Under the pieces are notes generated by a model, which was not told where the DNA came from, did no database searches, and saw only the letters and a list, made by a program, of their open reading frames with translations. Shown here in pieces: positions 25,221 to 38,135 of a stretch of DNA of 41,634 nucleotides. Origin of the DNA: Coniocarpon cinnabarinum (lineage: Eukaryota); contig JAVECO010000193.1 of NCBI GenBank assembly GCA_051942205.1, positions 1 through 41,634 on the forward strand. Reading direction: 5' to 3'. Made by a program: the position numbers and the translations under genes. The stretch's first letter is position 1, and each line of letters opens with the position of its first letter.

Positions 25221-26645
25221 TCATGTTATGGTCACTCTATTATCAAGAATAAGGGTCTACACGGATGCTGTTGCCCGGCTCCAGCTTGACCTCGAGCAAA
25301 TCCAGCACAGTCTTGTTGTGCAATCTACTTTTGAGGATATTCAGCGTAATGGAGGCACAGTTACTTGACCTTATGTTGGGCACCCATCAGGCTCCAATAT
25401 TGCCGCATTCGGCAACAACCCCTGTCACTGATGCCTAAGCGATGGAGGAGTACGCACAACAGGTCTATTGCGTATGACTGGAGGCGAAAGAGACCACAGC
25501 GGAGCTACTCCGCATCTTAACACAATGTGTGTCTCGGCATAGGGTGCGTCTCGCTGACGGACGTTAGTCTATTCAATCCAAGTATCAGGCGATGTTGAAG
25601 ACAGCGACTTGATCCCTCTTAGAGGTAAACTGGGCCTTTCACCACATTAATAAATCATACTCGCGAGGCTACTTTCGCTGCCTGAAGTCTGCTAGTGTCT
25701 GCTCCATGATAGCCAAAGATTGAGCTCGATGCATTTCGCGGCTCGCTCTTCTATCGCTGGCCCAAGACCTGCCCTCTGCACCAGCTTCGATAAGGCGAAT
25801 GTTCTGAGTAGTTGCTGAGTCCGACTATTCGTTGGGCGTGCTTGGCATTTCCAACTATCCGGGTGAAATTCCCATTCCGTGCACGCTTTCCGACTGCGGT
25901 CAGGATATTTATGCTCAGTTTGATGCTACATTAGGCATGTTTTGATGTCGCATCGTCAATGTTTACGAGCAAAGCTTGCAAGCAGTACTGCCCAGGCTCT
26001 AGGCGCAAAAATGTAGCCCGCCGGATCTCCTGAGACACCAAAGTATTTATAAAGAAAAGTGAACCTATCGTTGCTACAACATGCGCGTTAGTAAATTTAT
26101 CTTCGAAAATATGTCTCAAAACAAGCAAAACAAGCGTCGATGACATGCTAAAAAGGATAAAGCGTTTGCGTTTCTAAAGGAAATTGCCTAGCTATGTACC
26201 CTTCAAGTTCGACGAATGGCTCATCCAGACAAAGTTTTGAGGAAAGTAGAGATTAGAAAGGACGATCTTGTAAAGGACTGTATTCTGATTACACTATGTA
26301 GATACTTACAAATGTTTGAAGGGATAGCTTGCTTTCGGTTGAGGCGCATTCGTGGATAATCTGTCATAGTATTGACTGTATAGTCAGACTGCGTGGTACT
26401 TCCAAGAAATTAAAGCTCCACGCATATATTTGATAAAAATGAACGTCGTGTCACGACCTGCAACGCTCTTTAACAGCCTCGTCGTGGTGCGACGAGTTTC
26501 TTGTGTAACCGCAACTCTGCCACGTTGTTTCTAGCTATATTCCATCTACAAAGCATCATACTCTAAAGCGTCTTCTACACACCACCCCACTTTCTTTTGT
26601 ACAATTCTCATTAAGACACTCGGATCTAAAGGCCAGGGCTTTAGT

Positions 26646-27362
26646 ATGGATACTTTCAACCTGCAATTTGGTCATCTTGACCTCGAAATGTCTGGATCTC
26701 GCACAGACGAGCGGCGACAGGTATACTGTATGTCGATCTCTAAACCGTGCCATGATCTTCCCACGAATTTCATTCTCAAACGGGCGCGCAAAGACGACCC
26801 AGACGCTTTGGAAAGAGAATGGAAAGCCTATCAGAAACTCGAGTCTCTACAGGGAAAGTATATACCGCGATGCTATGGCAAATATCTTTCAACAGACACA
26901 CGTGGCCGTACCAGCGCCGCTCTGCTGCTTGAAGAAATCGTCGGTCAAGAGTTGGATCGCTTCAACAGCGAGGAGCAACAGGCATCTAGAGAGATTCAAG
27001 AGATATATGATGCAATTAGCCGATACGGAGTCATACACACAGATCCCGTGCCAGGTAACTTTCGCCTTTGCTCGACCGATGCAAGGATAAAGGGGTGTGG
27101 AGAGCATTCCTCAAGGAATTCTCAAAATCCTGACAGGTTGGCGAAGATGAATATGTCTTTCAGAAAGCACAATCAGATTGTCATACTAGATTTCGGGGAA
27201 GCGCAATTTGCTCCTGTCGATAAAGCAAAAGAAATGAATGATGGAGACCTTAAAACACTACTCAATATTGTTTTCCCACGAAACGTCCTCACCAGCATGT
27301 CTCTTGCCATCCTTGTCGACCGTGAAAACTCATCACACGAAGTGACAAGCAAGTTAATCTAA
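26646..27362 (+). CDS. Small protein-kinase-like protein (238 aa, atypical fungal kinase fold)
   Basis: Intact ORF with beta3 Lys (ILKR), helix-C Glu (EREWKAYQKLESLQGKYIPRCYG), LLLEEI hinge, catalytic loop HTDPVPGN and DFG. Confidence 0.88.
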   Translation: MDTFNLQFGHLDLEMSGSRTDERRQVYCMSISKPCHDLPTNFILKRARKDDPDALEREWKAYQKLESLQGKYIPRCYGKYLSTDTRGRTSAALLLEEIVGQELDRFNSEEQQASREIQEIYDAISRYGVIHTDPVPGNFRLCSTDARIKGCGEHSSRNSQNPDRLAKMNMSFRKHNQIVILDFGEAQFAPVDKAKEMNDGDLKTLLNIVFPRNVLTSMSLAILVDRENSSHEVTSKLI

Positions 27363-28356
27363 GGGAGCAGTATCCCACTGAGGTGTTTGACTCGGCTTGT
27401 TCCAAATCCACCTCTTTTCCATCACATGATAACGTCTTACCCACCCGGGTGGCGGCTGATAATTAGCTATCATCTGGTTGCCCTGAAACCATTGAGGTCG
27501 ACCAGAGTAGTATTCGAACCTTCGCTCCCAACCGTCAACCACGACGTGGATATTGGACGAGTGATGAGCAAGCACTCGTCTCCAGCCCTCGACAACCAGT
27601 CGATAGAAAGCATACCTCAATACGTCGGCATCATTCGCTATGACCCAGCAGTCGACTGCAGTGTTGCTGTTTAGGATAGCTTGCCTCCGTTGTGCGCGGA
27701 AGCGGAGCATTAGTAGAGTCCTTCCGTCGTAACAGAAAACTTGTGGGCAGCCGTAGCGATATGCATAGCTGTGCACAGTCAGAGAAATTAAAGCACGTCG
27801 ATGTTAGCCCTTACCCTCTCAACTCTATCCCTAGCCTGTTTTTTAGGCTTTTGTTTTTGTCTTCAAGCCAGTCATCAGGGTGAATAACACCACCCCTTTT
27901 CAGCTCCCCCACAACGAGGCATTGCTCTCTTGAAGATTCTTGACTATACCAGTTGAAGCACGAATCAACAGTAATAGCGGTATCATACGAGCTGGTTGTC
28001 CCTACTGGTCCGGCCTCGGATCTCTCGATAAATTCGCTGTGGAATGTGAAAGCTTGTCGCAATGGCGCCATGACTTGCTTGAACCATATGCGACGCACGT
28101 CTCCCTCTGATTGAATCGCTTCAAATTGCCGTTCGACTGCATGCGATTAACGGTCCAAGCGCTGCCCGTCATCTTCGAGCTCGTTACCGAAGCCATAGAC
28201 ACTATTAAGGTCCTCATTAATACCGTCCAGATGGAGCCGAGTATTGTTTAGTTGCTGAGCCCATGGTTTGACGCTTAGAGACGGCGTACCGCCTGCTCGG
28301 TATTGCTCGACAACCGGTGGCAACTTAATATTAAGCAGTTCCCGCACGGAAGACAT
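27354..28356 (-). pseudogene. Two-exon PD-(D/E)xK restriction-endonuclease-like gene (~318 aa) with one in-frame TAA at codon 70
   Basis: Exon 1 is 28356-27815, followed by a 46-nt intron 27814-27769 (GTAAGG...CTGAC...CAG) and exon 2 27768-27354. Splicing gives ELRG-YAYRYGCPQVFCYDG. Motifs SEGDV, VDSCF and GELKR. ORFs 28147-28356 and 27811-28098 are in the same frame. Confidence 0.78.
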
Positions 28357-30594
28357 TAAGGAAGGCTTATAGTGATGATATTCTTTTTAGGTTGGCCTCA
28401 AAGAGAAGTGAAAGTTTAAGGAAAGCAGCCCATCGATTCAAAATCGTGAGGATGAGGGAAAGGTCTTTTATTATCAAGCGACTCTGCACAGGATTTGGCG
28501 CCAACGGCCCTCTTGAGTCATACTGCACATCGAGAGCCAAGAAAAGCGAGGGAATTCGTCCCGAACCGATTGTTGGCTGCAGCATTAGCAACTGTCTTGC
28601 TTTCTCGTGTCCGGATGGCTAAAATGGATTCCCTTAGCGAAATGGCGGCTGCTGCAGCTTCGACCGGTCATTCAAATTTGCACAGGGATTTTCAAGGTTG
28701 CAAGCAAACTCATAGAGCGCTAATAAGTCGGCCCCCCGGGAAATTGACTACCCGGCCAAATCTATAACAACCACTTCTATTTGCAAAAATTCAATAAATA
28801 TTTCAATATACACAAAAGCTTTAAGGGGCTTTTTCAGATTACACCTCTATCAACAAGAATTGTCAAACCAGTATTAATACTACAGAATCATGCCTTGCCT
28901 TCTCAATCCGATTATGGCACCTGAACAGTACAACTAACTCAGACTTATCGAAGAGTAACCTCCTTCTATCAACCTATCAGTCCTAAAATCGTTAGGCGAA
29001 GTTTTTATAAAACGCAAAATGCAAGATAGATTTAGAATTTGTCTGCTTCATCTCTACTATTATCTGCTCGCAGGCTATGCAATGGTACATTCAACGCAGA
29101 ATCCAGGCTTCGAAGTTTGTCGCATAGAAAAGACAGGGCTTCAACAACTACGTCCCCAAGCCCTCCATCTCTATGTGCACCTGCACATGGATCGATATGC
29201 TTGTGTCACCATGCATATATTTGTGCCTAAGATGGCTCAATACTCGGCGACGCTGATTTTTGTAGCGGATTGTTGAATTGCTGAATCAATACCACCAATG
29301 ACCTACGCAGCTGACATGATATCTTGATTTAGACGGTTAGCGATTCTATGTTTACAAGCATAAACGTAGAAATAGCAGAAACGGCTATTGACATTCCCTA
29401 TATGCATTGTGATAATCAAAGCTTCAGGGATGCATCCAATGGTGACGATGTTGGACAAGGTTTCACTGACCGATTTGGCGAAATGTGTCTAAGGGCTAAC
29501 CGCATTTGTGGAGACACTGCCGTACTTGACTCAACGTCAAGGACGGTAGCGGAGTCACTGCGTCTACTCGTGGACAAAATCGCGTACCACCTTGCAAACA
29601 TACTGTGAGGTACCTGGCCCCTAGCATCATCAAGAATCATTTGGCGAAGGTAGGCAAGACTAGAGGATCCGCACCATAAAGCAGCATTAGCGTCAGAAAC
29701 CATAGCGTCGAACCAGCACAACTCCTCCGCTGTAATGAATTAGCGTTCGTCCCTCAGGGACGACTCAAGCCAAGTCAATTGCCGGTTAAAGTCAAGTACG
29801 CACCCGCCGTCGGGCTGTGAACACCATGAAGCGATAAGTGCTTGAGGTTCCCCTCTCAAACTGCAGCGAGCTAGCCTGAAAATCTCGAGGAGCTTTCCAC
29901 AAATTGCCAATCGGAATCATTCTAACCATTGAGCCGTAGGACGGGACCCAGAGGCTAGCTCCCCGCTATATCAGCTTCGCTGATCCTGACTCGACGCTCG
30001 AGCTAATGGGCTGGCTAGACGCTGAGAGCTGTAAGTATAGATTCGACAGGGCATAAGGGTGCCTGTCTACCTCTCACAGATCAATAGACACACCAAATTT
30101 TTGCCTTTGCCCCATACGAAAATCACGCCAAAAAATGATTAGCTTTGCATTCGTTGGCGCCTGTCTGACGGCATTCGAACATTTCATCAGTTACGTGCGC
30201 TCATTTACACATAACACGGACTGAGAGGGCATGCCCCGATGCGATCGGCACATCGAATTTCGAAAGCCAATAGTCCTCAGAGTCCAATGGTTGGCGTCTA
30301 TCGGGGCTCTAATGTTCGGCCTTACCGTGGTGCTTTTCTCTGCAACTGCAAAGGGTGCAAAGCACGCTCAACAAATCGGGTTGTGCATTTTGTTGGCACA
30401 AGTGCTCGATCAGTTTAGCATTGTTAGCCCATCTAGAAGTATGAATTGACTTAGCACAGGGGGTAAAATTGTGGCTACAATGCCTATTTTACCTCGTCGA
30501 TCATCGCAGACGTCCAATAGTCATCCATGCGATGACCACTCTCAGCCTACTTGCTTCATTGATCCTCGTTGGAATCAGTCTTCTCCTCAGCGTT

Positions 30595-31398
30595 TCAAAT
30601 CGCAAGTTCGTCATACTTCCAGGCGTCTTTCTCATCCACATTTAGCCAATAGTCATCGGTATACGTGAGACATACCTCAGCAAACGGCGACAAGCTTGTA
30701 TGTGGCGCATCACCCCCTGTCTCTGAGCCGACGTTCTGGCTCTGACCGCGATCTACATCCTGGCTTGCTACTTCCATCCTGATTGTCTGCCCGTAGGTAT
30801 CTATTCTGTACTATTCCTACTACCAATGCTAATCTTTCCAAGTCGCACGCGATTTTCCTGGCGTTTGCTGGGCTGAAAGATCTCTTCTATTCCAGGTTTT
30901 TCTTACAGGTTCTGGTATAGATTCGCTCGAAAGCTCAACATTCCCATTCTTCGCGTGATCCTCCGTCCCGAGATTCGCTTATAACGACTAGGCAACCGCT
31001 CCCAAGACAAAAATACGATTCTCTGTTCCAAATACGTCGAACACATGCATTGTGACTTGCAGACTCGCAATTGGCCTTAGATGACCACTTCAATACGTCG
31101 GAACGTGCGCAAGCGATGGTCCAAGCCAGGAGGCAGCGAGAAGTATACGGCAGTCCATCAATAATGTGAGTGGCTTGCTGTGTTTCACAACTCTTAGAGT
31201 GGTATTGAGGACAAAAGCCGCGTCTTGTGTATGGTTGGGGTGCGATGGTAGATATGTTATAATTTGTCTCTTGAGCTCCTGCAGTGTCATTCCTGTAAAG
31301 CGTCTAAGGAATTCTGTTTCGAGAGTTCCATCGCTTGCAAGAAAGGGCGTAGAGCCATGTCAATAAGGTAGCCTGGAGACTGCTCCTGCATGTTCCAT
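30595..31398 (-). pseudogene. Possible decayed gene of unknown function
   Basis: ATG at 31398 and ORFs 31090-31290 and 30595-30777 share one frame, separated by several stops. No family recognised. Confidence 0.3.
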
Positions 31399-31667
31399 GC
31401 TATAAGACCGGCATACTATTAGCTTTAACGTTCTAATTGTATATTACGGTCTAGTCTCCGCTTTTGCCTAATTAGGAATCGGACTGTTCTCTGTTTATTT
31501 AATTTCATGTCATTGTGCTACGACCTAAGAAGCTAAGCAGGATGCTGTTCTCGATCCTCGACTGGAAGGCTATCACACCACCTATAACCCATGAATCTTC
31601 GAAGATTTGCCATCGACTAAACAAGATTCCGGTCCAACATTTTGGCCCGCTTATGAGCGCTATAAGT

Positions 31668-32491
31668 CTAGTCCGCATGATCTTGTTTACTTGGCTCTGA
31701 TTCGTGTCGTCCAACCTCGTCCCACTTTCTTTTACGCATAACAGGGAGTGTCTGTTTCCTCGGGCTTTCCTTCTTAATAGGAGGAATCGTTAGCTCTGCG
31801 AGTACCTGTCGACTCTGCGCACCTAGACTTTTCAAAGCTAGTCGCGTTGTGTTCATCCCCTCTATCTGAAACGTCGTAGATACGGGCGCACTGATGCGCT
31901 TTGCAATGCCAGATAACCTATTAACGATTTCTTCAATACCGTCTCTGCAGGCAAGGGTGTCTTGTTGTTGGCCGGAGCTTGCGCTGCCGTTTTTGAACTC
32001 ACTATGCACTGATCTGAGGTCTGCTCTACAGTGTTGACAGAGGCAGGGATCGGGTCGGTGTTCGTACTTAACCACGATCTCTTCGTTCGGTTCAATGTCT
32101 TTGAGAGCAATAACAACCACGAGTCTATTTGAGCAGCGTGGCCTCAAAAATACCAACTCTATTGTTTACCTGCCGAGGCTGATCGACCCGAAGCGGAAAG
32201 CACAACATGATGTCAATTACAATCGACCTAGAAAGAGGAAGTAGCTGTGTACATCTCTCTGCTCAAAGCTCAAAGTCCAAGACTTCGCTTTGGCTCCCTG
32301 GAAAGCAGCCTGCCTTAATGCATAGAAGTTCCACCTTCTCGAAAGCCCTCCCTGCCACAAGTCAGCGCGTGCACTCAATATACTAGTGATGGCAACGGCG
32401 ACAAGAAAAACAACTAATCCAAGTCTCCTGGGCCCGCTACCGAGGACCTGCGACCATCGAGCTTGCAAAGGCAGATGCTTGTGGTACTCGC
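31668..32491 (-). pseudogene. SET-domain (with post-SET Cys motif) protein pseudogene
   Basis: Single frame: WTLSF...YFLFLGRL*LTSCC...R*TIELVFL...VIALKDIEPNEEIVVKY...PCLCQHC, with two TAA stops (32217-32219, 32166-32168). Possible intron acceptor at 32492. Confidence 0.7.
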
Positions 32492-32921
32492 CTGTAGCAA
32501 ATCAATAGAAAAAACAACTGCGCTCTATCATTTGCTACGGCTGGTTGGCGTTGTCCCAATGACCTATGGTAATTTACACCGCCATCGAGCTAAGATTCTT
32601 GCTGTGTCTTTCTAATTGCTTACTTAGAATAATCAGAGAACCGTAAACTCCAACGGGTGTCAACATCATGGCCCCGAAGACGGGGCGGCGATAGAGCTTA
32701 CTATTGTTTACCGATGCACAAGCGGCATCTAAAAATCAGGTCTAGAACAGTTCTAGTTAAGTATCCTTCTGGCCTCTCATTCGAGATTATTCAACTCTCA
32801 AGTGGCAGCTTCGTCGCCTGGTATTACTCGACTTTTTTACGTGACGTTGAGTCAAACCTGCACTTTGCAGCGTATGTTGCATTTTCGAACTAACACATCA
32901 GAGACATTGACTAAGCTATTA

Positions 32922-33025
32922 CTAGTGGTTAGGTTATGGTTCGGGTTCGGTTCGGTAGCGCCATAACCAAACCGATACGAGCAATAACCAGATCGATATC
33001 CTAATGGTTAACCATAACCAAATTA
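32922..33025. repeat. Cluster of GGTT(A/C) / (A)TAACC motifs resembling a DNA-transposon (hAT/MITE-like) subterminal end
   Basis: tagtggttaggttatggttcgggttcggttcgg followed by repeated inverted ataacc/aaacc. Confidence 0.5.
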
Positions 33026-35238
33026 ATAATAACTTAACTATTGACCAAACTGATCACGGCGCTATTTACAACATGGGGCGAGGAACCTCCGCATAAACCT
33101 ATTCTAAGACGTCACAAGATCTATTACTATATGGTAAAGCATCTGTCTTCTCGCTGCGGAACCTGCAGCGATGATAGAGTTTCAACAAATGTGACGTGGA
33201 ACGCATGGTCGGACACACACCGCGTCGCTCAATACTTTTATTACCACGAAGCCAAAGTTGTTCCCGCCGCTCTGCCGCTCCCACCACCAGAGACACTATC
33301 TTGACTCGATAAAGTAAAGTCGCAACAGACTCTCACTTAAGGAAACCTAGACGACATCAATAGCGTAGCTCTTAAATCATAAAATAATCGGTCGCTTCTT
33401 GAGCACTATAACTGCTGTAAACTCACTCCCGTCACACGACCAACTACCACTTAGTATACTCACTACCATCGGCGTCTAGGTTTTAACCAATAAGGTCGCT
33501 TCTCGCGGTGCTTTTCTAGTAGCGCTGCCGTTGTTAGCCATTCGTATGTAACTACTAATTAGTGTAGAGATCCCCTAGTCAATCACGCAAGCCACATGCA
33601 CGCCATAGACTAGAGAGGTATCTAATCTGCAGTCGCACAGCCCTACTGAGAGGAGCGCCCTCACAAGGAGCGCCCTTACCACTAGGATCGCCCTCAGAAA
33701 CGCTACCATCTACTAGCATAACCGCCACCGTCTACCAGCTAGTACAAAGAGGTAATATTACGAAAACAGTAGCGCGGAAAGACCTCTATTGAGTCGAGAG
33801 ACGTGCATGTTAGCAGTTAGTGCAGACGAACAAGGAGAGGGTAGCGATTAGCACCCCGTGTGCAACACTAACTCCATTTTACGTCAGTATCGGTATTGAG
33901 TGGGAACGCATCAAGCTCGAATCCTGCGTATCTATCTTGCGTCTCCCAGCGCATCTGTGAATAATTGCCATATATGTTCGTGCACCGTCGAAACGGTGAG
34001 TTAATGCTGCTAGAGCTATAAGCAAGACCTTTCAAAATCAAACTTAGCGCTTTCATATTTATTAATGGCTTGTTTATGACTAGACTAGAGAGACGAGGAT
34101 GATGCCACGATCTATGGCTTCTCGAACATGACACTAGCTGAAGCTTCATCGCAACGGAAGACCAAAGCACGGGCGATACACACGACCTACTAGAAATTAT
34201 ACAGTTCTGAAACTTCCCCCGAGGTTGTGAGATGAGCTCTGGAAGCCGCAAAGAAGCAAAGACTAGTTAGAGGCTCACGTTCCGAACACAGCTCAAAGAT
34301 GATACTATAGATTAATATCTTCTTGAAAAAGTTATGAAGAAGTGAAATGGGAGGACGACCATGTATCAATAAGTGACATCGAGTCATGTGGTATGCTTAT
34401 GGCGCATTGCTTGCTGAGCACATATGCCGCTCGTGGACGTTTGACGCCGTTGTATGTATCCTAAACATGATTACGCCTTGTCTCACTCGGTTGGCCGCTT
34501 TCCAAGCCGTGGACATCTCAAGACTGTTGGGGAGACAACTCAGCTGCGTGCGTACTTTCTCAGCCTCCATGCTCCGTGGCTGATCGCAGCTGCCTAAGAC
34601 GAGCCGTTTCGATTGCGACCAAGAAGAATGATACGTTCAATACAGGCAAGCCTAGCCCGTCGAGAGTGAACTGCCGTATTTTGCCGAATGTTGGATCCAG
34701 AGCTTGGGACACTTGCTAAATCTGGGTGAACCAGACTGTTATCAAAGCAAGTCATAGCTCGTTAACAGTCTAATATGATGTTGTTCACGGCAAGCCTTGT
34801 CCTAGGCAAAGAGGTGGATTCTGCTATGCTACTAGAGGATGACGTGTTGAGCCCTGGACAAAACCATGGTCATAGAGGCCGCTTGCATCAGCATGACTGT
34901 TGTACGCTCTTACTAAAATTCGTCGAGAGTTGATGTATTGTTTCAAAGTCTCGCTGCTGCTGTAAACTTTTTATATTGAAACTGAGTACCTGAAGAAGGG
35001 CCAACTATGTAGTCTGATCATACAATATAAGTTATGTTATCCACTGACTTCTTCCATGGATTTGAATTGGTTGCCAACCATATAGACCAGAGATCCAAAG
35101 ACTGTGCCACACATAAGAAAATTCTAAAACGCGACTTGCATGCAATCAGATTCCGACACGGATAAAGTCATACACCTGTGCAAACAATCGAGCTCTCTTT
35201 GAGCACAGCATACAGTCTCGGTCTCGAAATACGTTAGC

Positions 35239-35697
35239 ATGGCACAACCCGGCGACCTCATGGAAACTGCTAGTGTAGTCAAGCGACGACCCCCAACGCC
35301 TTTTCCTCCCGAGTCGCTTTTCTCACCTCGTCCACATCTTGACAGCCGCCATCGGCCCTTGCTACCAGTTCTCTTCAACGAATCAGCGCAACCTTCTTCG
35401 CTAGGTCTTGTTCCCAGATGGTGGTACTTTTTGGCAGCAATCTTGGATGAAGAAGGCATTACTCTACCGCCCCAGCCGCCGGCAAAGACAGATCGAAAGC
35501 GCCTCTTTGCAAACCTTCGGCGGGCAATAGATCAAGAGCCTTGTGCAGACGCGAGCAAACAGACCATGCGAGGCAGACGCAGTGGAGGTTCGTCGAAACA
35601 GTCACTGCTCCCAAGGTTGAGATCCAGCCTGAGGCAAAGGAGGCAACGGGTGAGCGAGCTTGACTTATATATAGATACCAAGCGGCGGCAATCTTGA
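35239..35697 (+). CDS. Hypothetical protein (152 aa; Pro-rich N-terminus, Arg-rich C-terminus)
   Basis: ATG-initiated ORF in GC-balanced DNA; no family recognised. Confidence 0.35.
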   Translation: MAQPGDLMETASVVKRRPPTPFPPESLFSPRPHLDSRHRPLLPVLFNESAQPSSLGLVPRWWYFLAAILDEEGITLPPQPPAKTDRKRLFANLRRAIDQEPCADASKQTMRGRRSGGSSKQSLLPRLRSSLRQRRQRVSELDLYIDTKRRQS

Positions 35698-35979
35698 TGT
35701 GTAATAAAAACACACTGTTCACCCAAGGAAACTGATGGCGGTCCATCCGAGCGATTCGGAGGTAATGGAAATGTGACAGTCGACTTGAAAGACACGATTC
35801 AAGAACGATTTTGCGATCATAAGTCTAGCATACGAGGCCACAATAACAAGATTATGAATACTACAAACGCGCGCAGAAAGGACTGTAGAGACTTTTCGCA
35901 AGCGGTTAGCCAAATTTATCTTCGTTTATTAAGCTATGTAAATATATCAGAGCCGAAATAAGCTTCTCGCTATGCTTAT

Positions 35980-38135
35980 GCTTGCTAAATAAAGCCTCGT
36001 TATTATTAGCTTCTATAAAAAGTAGTTATATTTCTATGTCTTGATTTTAAAAGATTATAAACTAGATTAAATACTTTATAAAGTCTATAATCAATATTAA
36101 ATATATATTACAATAGAATTTAGTAAGTATACTAGAGATAATTACTAAAATATAATAGAAATATAGTAAATATATAAAGAGAAGTAGATCTAGATAGTAG
36201 GTATTTTTATAGATATCTTTTATAAAGTTTTAAATTTAAATCTTAAAATAACTTCTAAATGTATATTTACTAACTATTATTCTGAATATTAAATATAAAA
36301 AATTTGTTATATACATCTATAAGGTAGAGAAAAAAACATATACTATAGCTAAAAAAGTTTAAAAAACTTTCTAAAAATAGATGTATATATATTAGTATCT
36401 TTATATTTTTTAGAAAGTAAATCTAGCTAAAGCTTAATTGAAATAAACTATCTAAGTTTTTACATCATAATGATATCTTGATATATAATAACAATAGTAG
36501 TAAGATCTATCTATTTATAGATATATGAGTGTAACGCCTACGTCAGAGTCTCCACCTAGGGTCAACCTAGTAGAATGGAGTCTGTTCGTAGCGTGGGCTT
36601 TAGGCTAATAAGGTAGGTCACAGAAAACAGTACTGATGGGTATGGTGGACAGGAGAATAACTGATGTGCACGTTATACAGCCCCAGGCAAAGGACATCTG
36701 GCGGATAGCACGTCTACTCAAGAAAGCACTGGCACGTTACAACTATCGAGTGATCAAGTCGTAAGTCTCAACTGTAAGTCAGGTTGAATTTGAATTGGAA
36801 CGATGCCGAACCCAAGAGAGGTGGGCTCGCCATCTAGCTATATAGACTAAGGTACAAATAAATGTACTCTGCCAAGAGGCAGCGTCCAGAGCGTCCAGAG
36901 CGCCTAGAGCTTCTGAAGTCTCTAGAGCCTCTGGAGGATCTGCATGCCTTCCAGAGGATAAACGCGTGATGACACGTCTGGAAGCTGTGTCTCTCGCGCT
37001 ATCACGTGAGTGCACGTACCTCGTCCTGGTGTTTCGCAAGGCGTAGCGTAACAATGAGGTAAGAATAGTATATAATTAAATAAAAGTATATACTTTTTTA
37101 TAAAGTAAATTAAGTTCTTTAATGATATATAATATAGACTTAAGCTCTTTAAAAAACCTTTAGATCTATAGTACTTATAAAATATAAGATTAATTAGCTC
37201 TACTATAGATTAGAGTATTCTACTTAGACTTTAAATATAGTAAAAGAGATTAAATTAAACTCTTTTCTATTTTAAAATAATTTTTTTTTTTAAAAAATAA
37301 AAAAATAGTCTAGATAAAGAAATAAATTAAGATAATACATATAGCTTAACTAAAGACTATAATTATATTTTAGAGATGAGTAGCATTATAGGTACTAGCT
37401 CTAGTATTATAGAAGAATATATAAAGATTAAAATATTTTACTTCTGAAAAGAAGACTAGTAAATATATAAAAAGTAGTAATAACTCTAATACTTATACTA
37501 GTAATAATAGAAAAAGAAAATAAGTATAACTAGATTTTATCGTAGTTCTTATATTCTTATTTTAATTATTTTATTTCTTAGTTATTATATTTTTTATATA
37601 GCTAAAAGAAATATTTTCTTAAAAAGTAAAATATATCTAGATACTAATAGTATAGTAGAATTATTAGAATTATATTCTAGAATACTTTACTATGTATAAT
37701 AATTATGTAAGAGCTTAAGTAATCTACAATAATAGTAGTATAATTATTATTCTTTTTTTATATAGTAGTTATCTATATTTAACTTTGTAAGTACAATCTT
37801 AATCTAGAGTAGTTCTAAAAAAAGCTTACTATTTCTAACTTTTACTTTAAGATTAATTAGACTTTACTTTAAAACCTATAAAAAAGATTTCTAGTTATAT
37901 TTTACTTATTGTTAGAAGTAGTCTCTAGAACCAAGTTATTCTTATAAAAATAGCTATTCTATACTTTATAAGATAATTTTAAAAACAGGACCTAGCCTTA
38001 TCTATACTCCATATAATTATTAATAGTCGAAAATATAATATCTAGTATTAAGACTTTCAATTTTCTACTTAGTATTAATTTTAATATAATTCTACTTTTA
38101 ACCGTATACTAAGTAGCAATGGGATCTACGTTACT
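35980..38135. repeat. AT-rich RIP-degraded block hosting a solo LTR
   Basis: Abrupt shift to AT/TpA-rich sequence; no ORFs outside the insertion. Confidence 0.7.
36530..37053 (-). repeat. Solo LTR (524 bp) with TSD ATGAG, related to LTR family B
   Basis: tgtaacgc...gcgtaaca ends; ATGAG at 36525-36529 and 37054-37058. The minus strand shares a block (catcgttccaattcaaattcaacctgacttac) with 7875-7915. Confidence 0.93.

Noticed and set aside
26668..27883. Alternative-frame ORFs over the kinase and nuclease genes
   Set aside because: Shadow ORFs without motifs.
29019..29750. Short overlapping ORFs as a gene
   Set aside because: No recognisable motifs or convincing splice model.
33532..33867. 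Possible solo LTR ending tgcaaca with gagcgccc repeats
   Set aside because: No matching TSD or second copy found.
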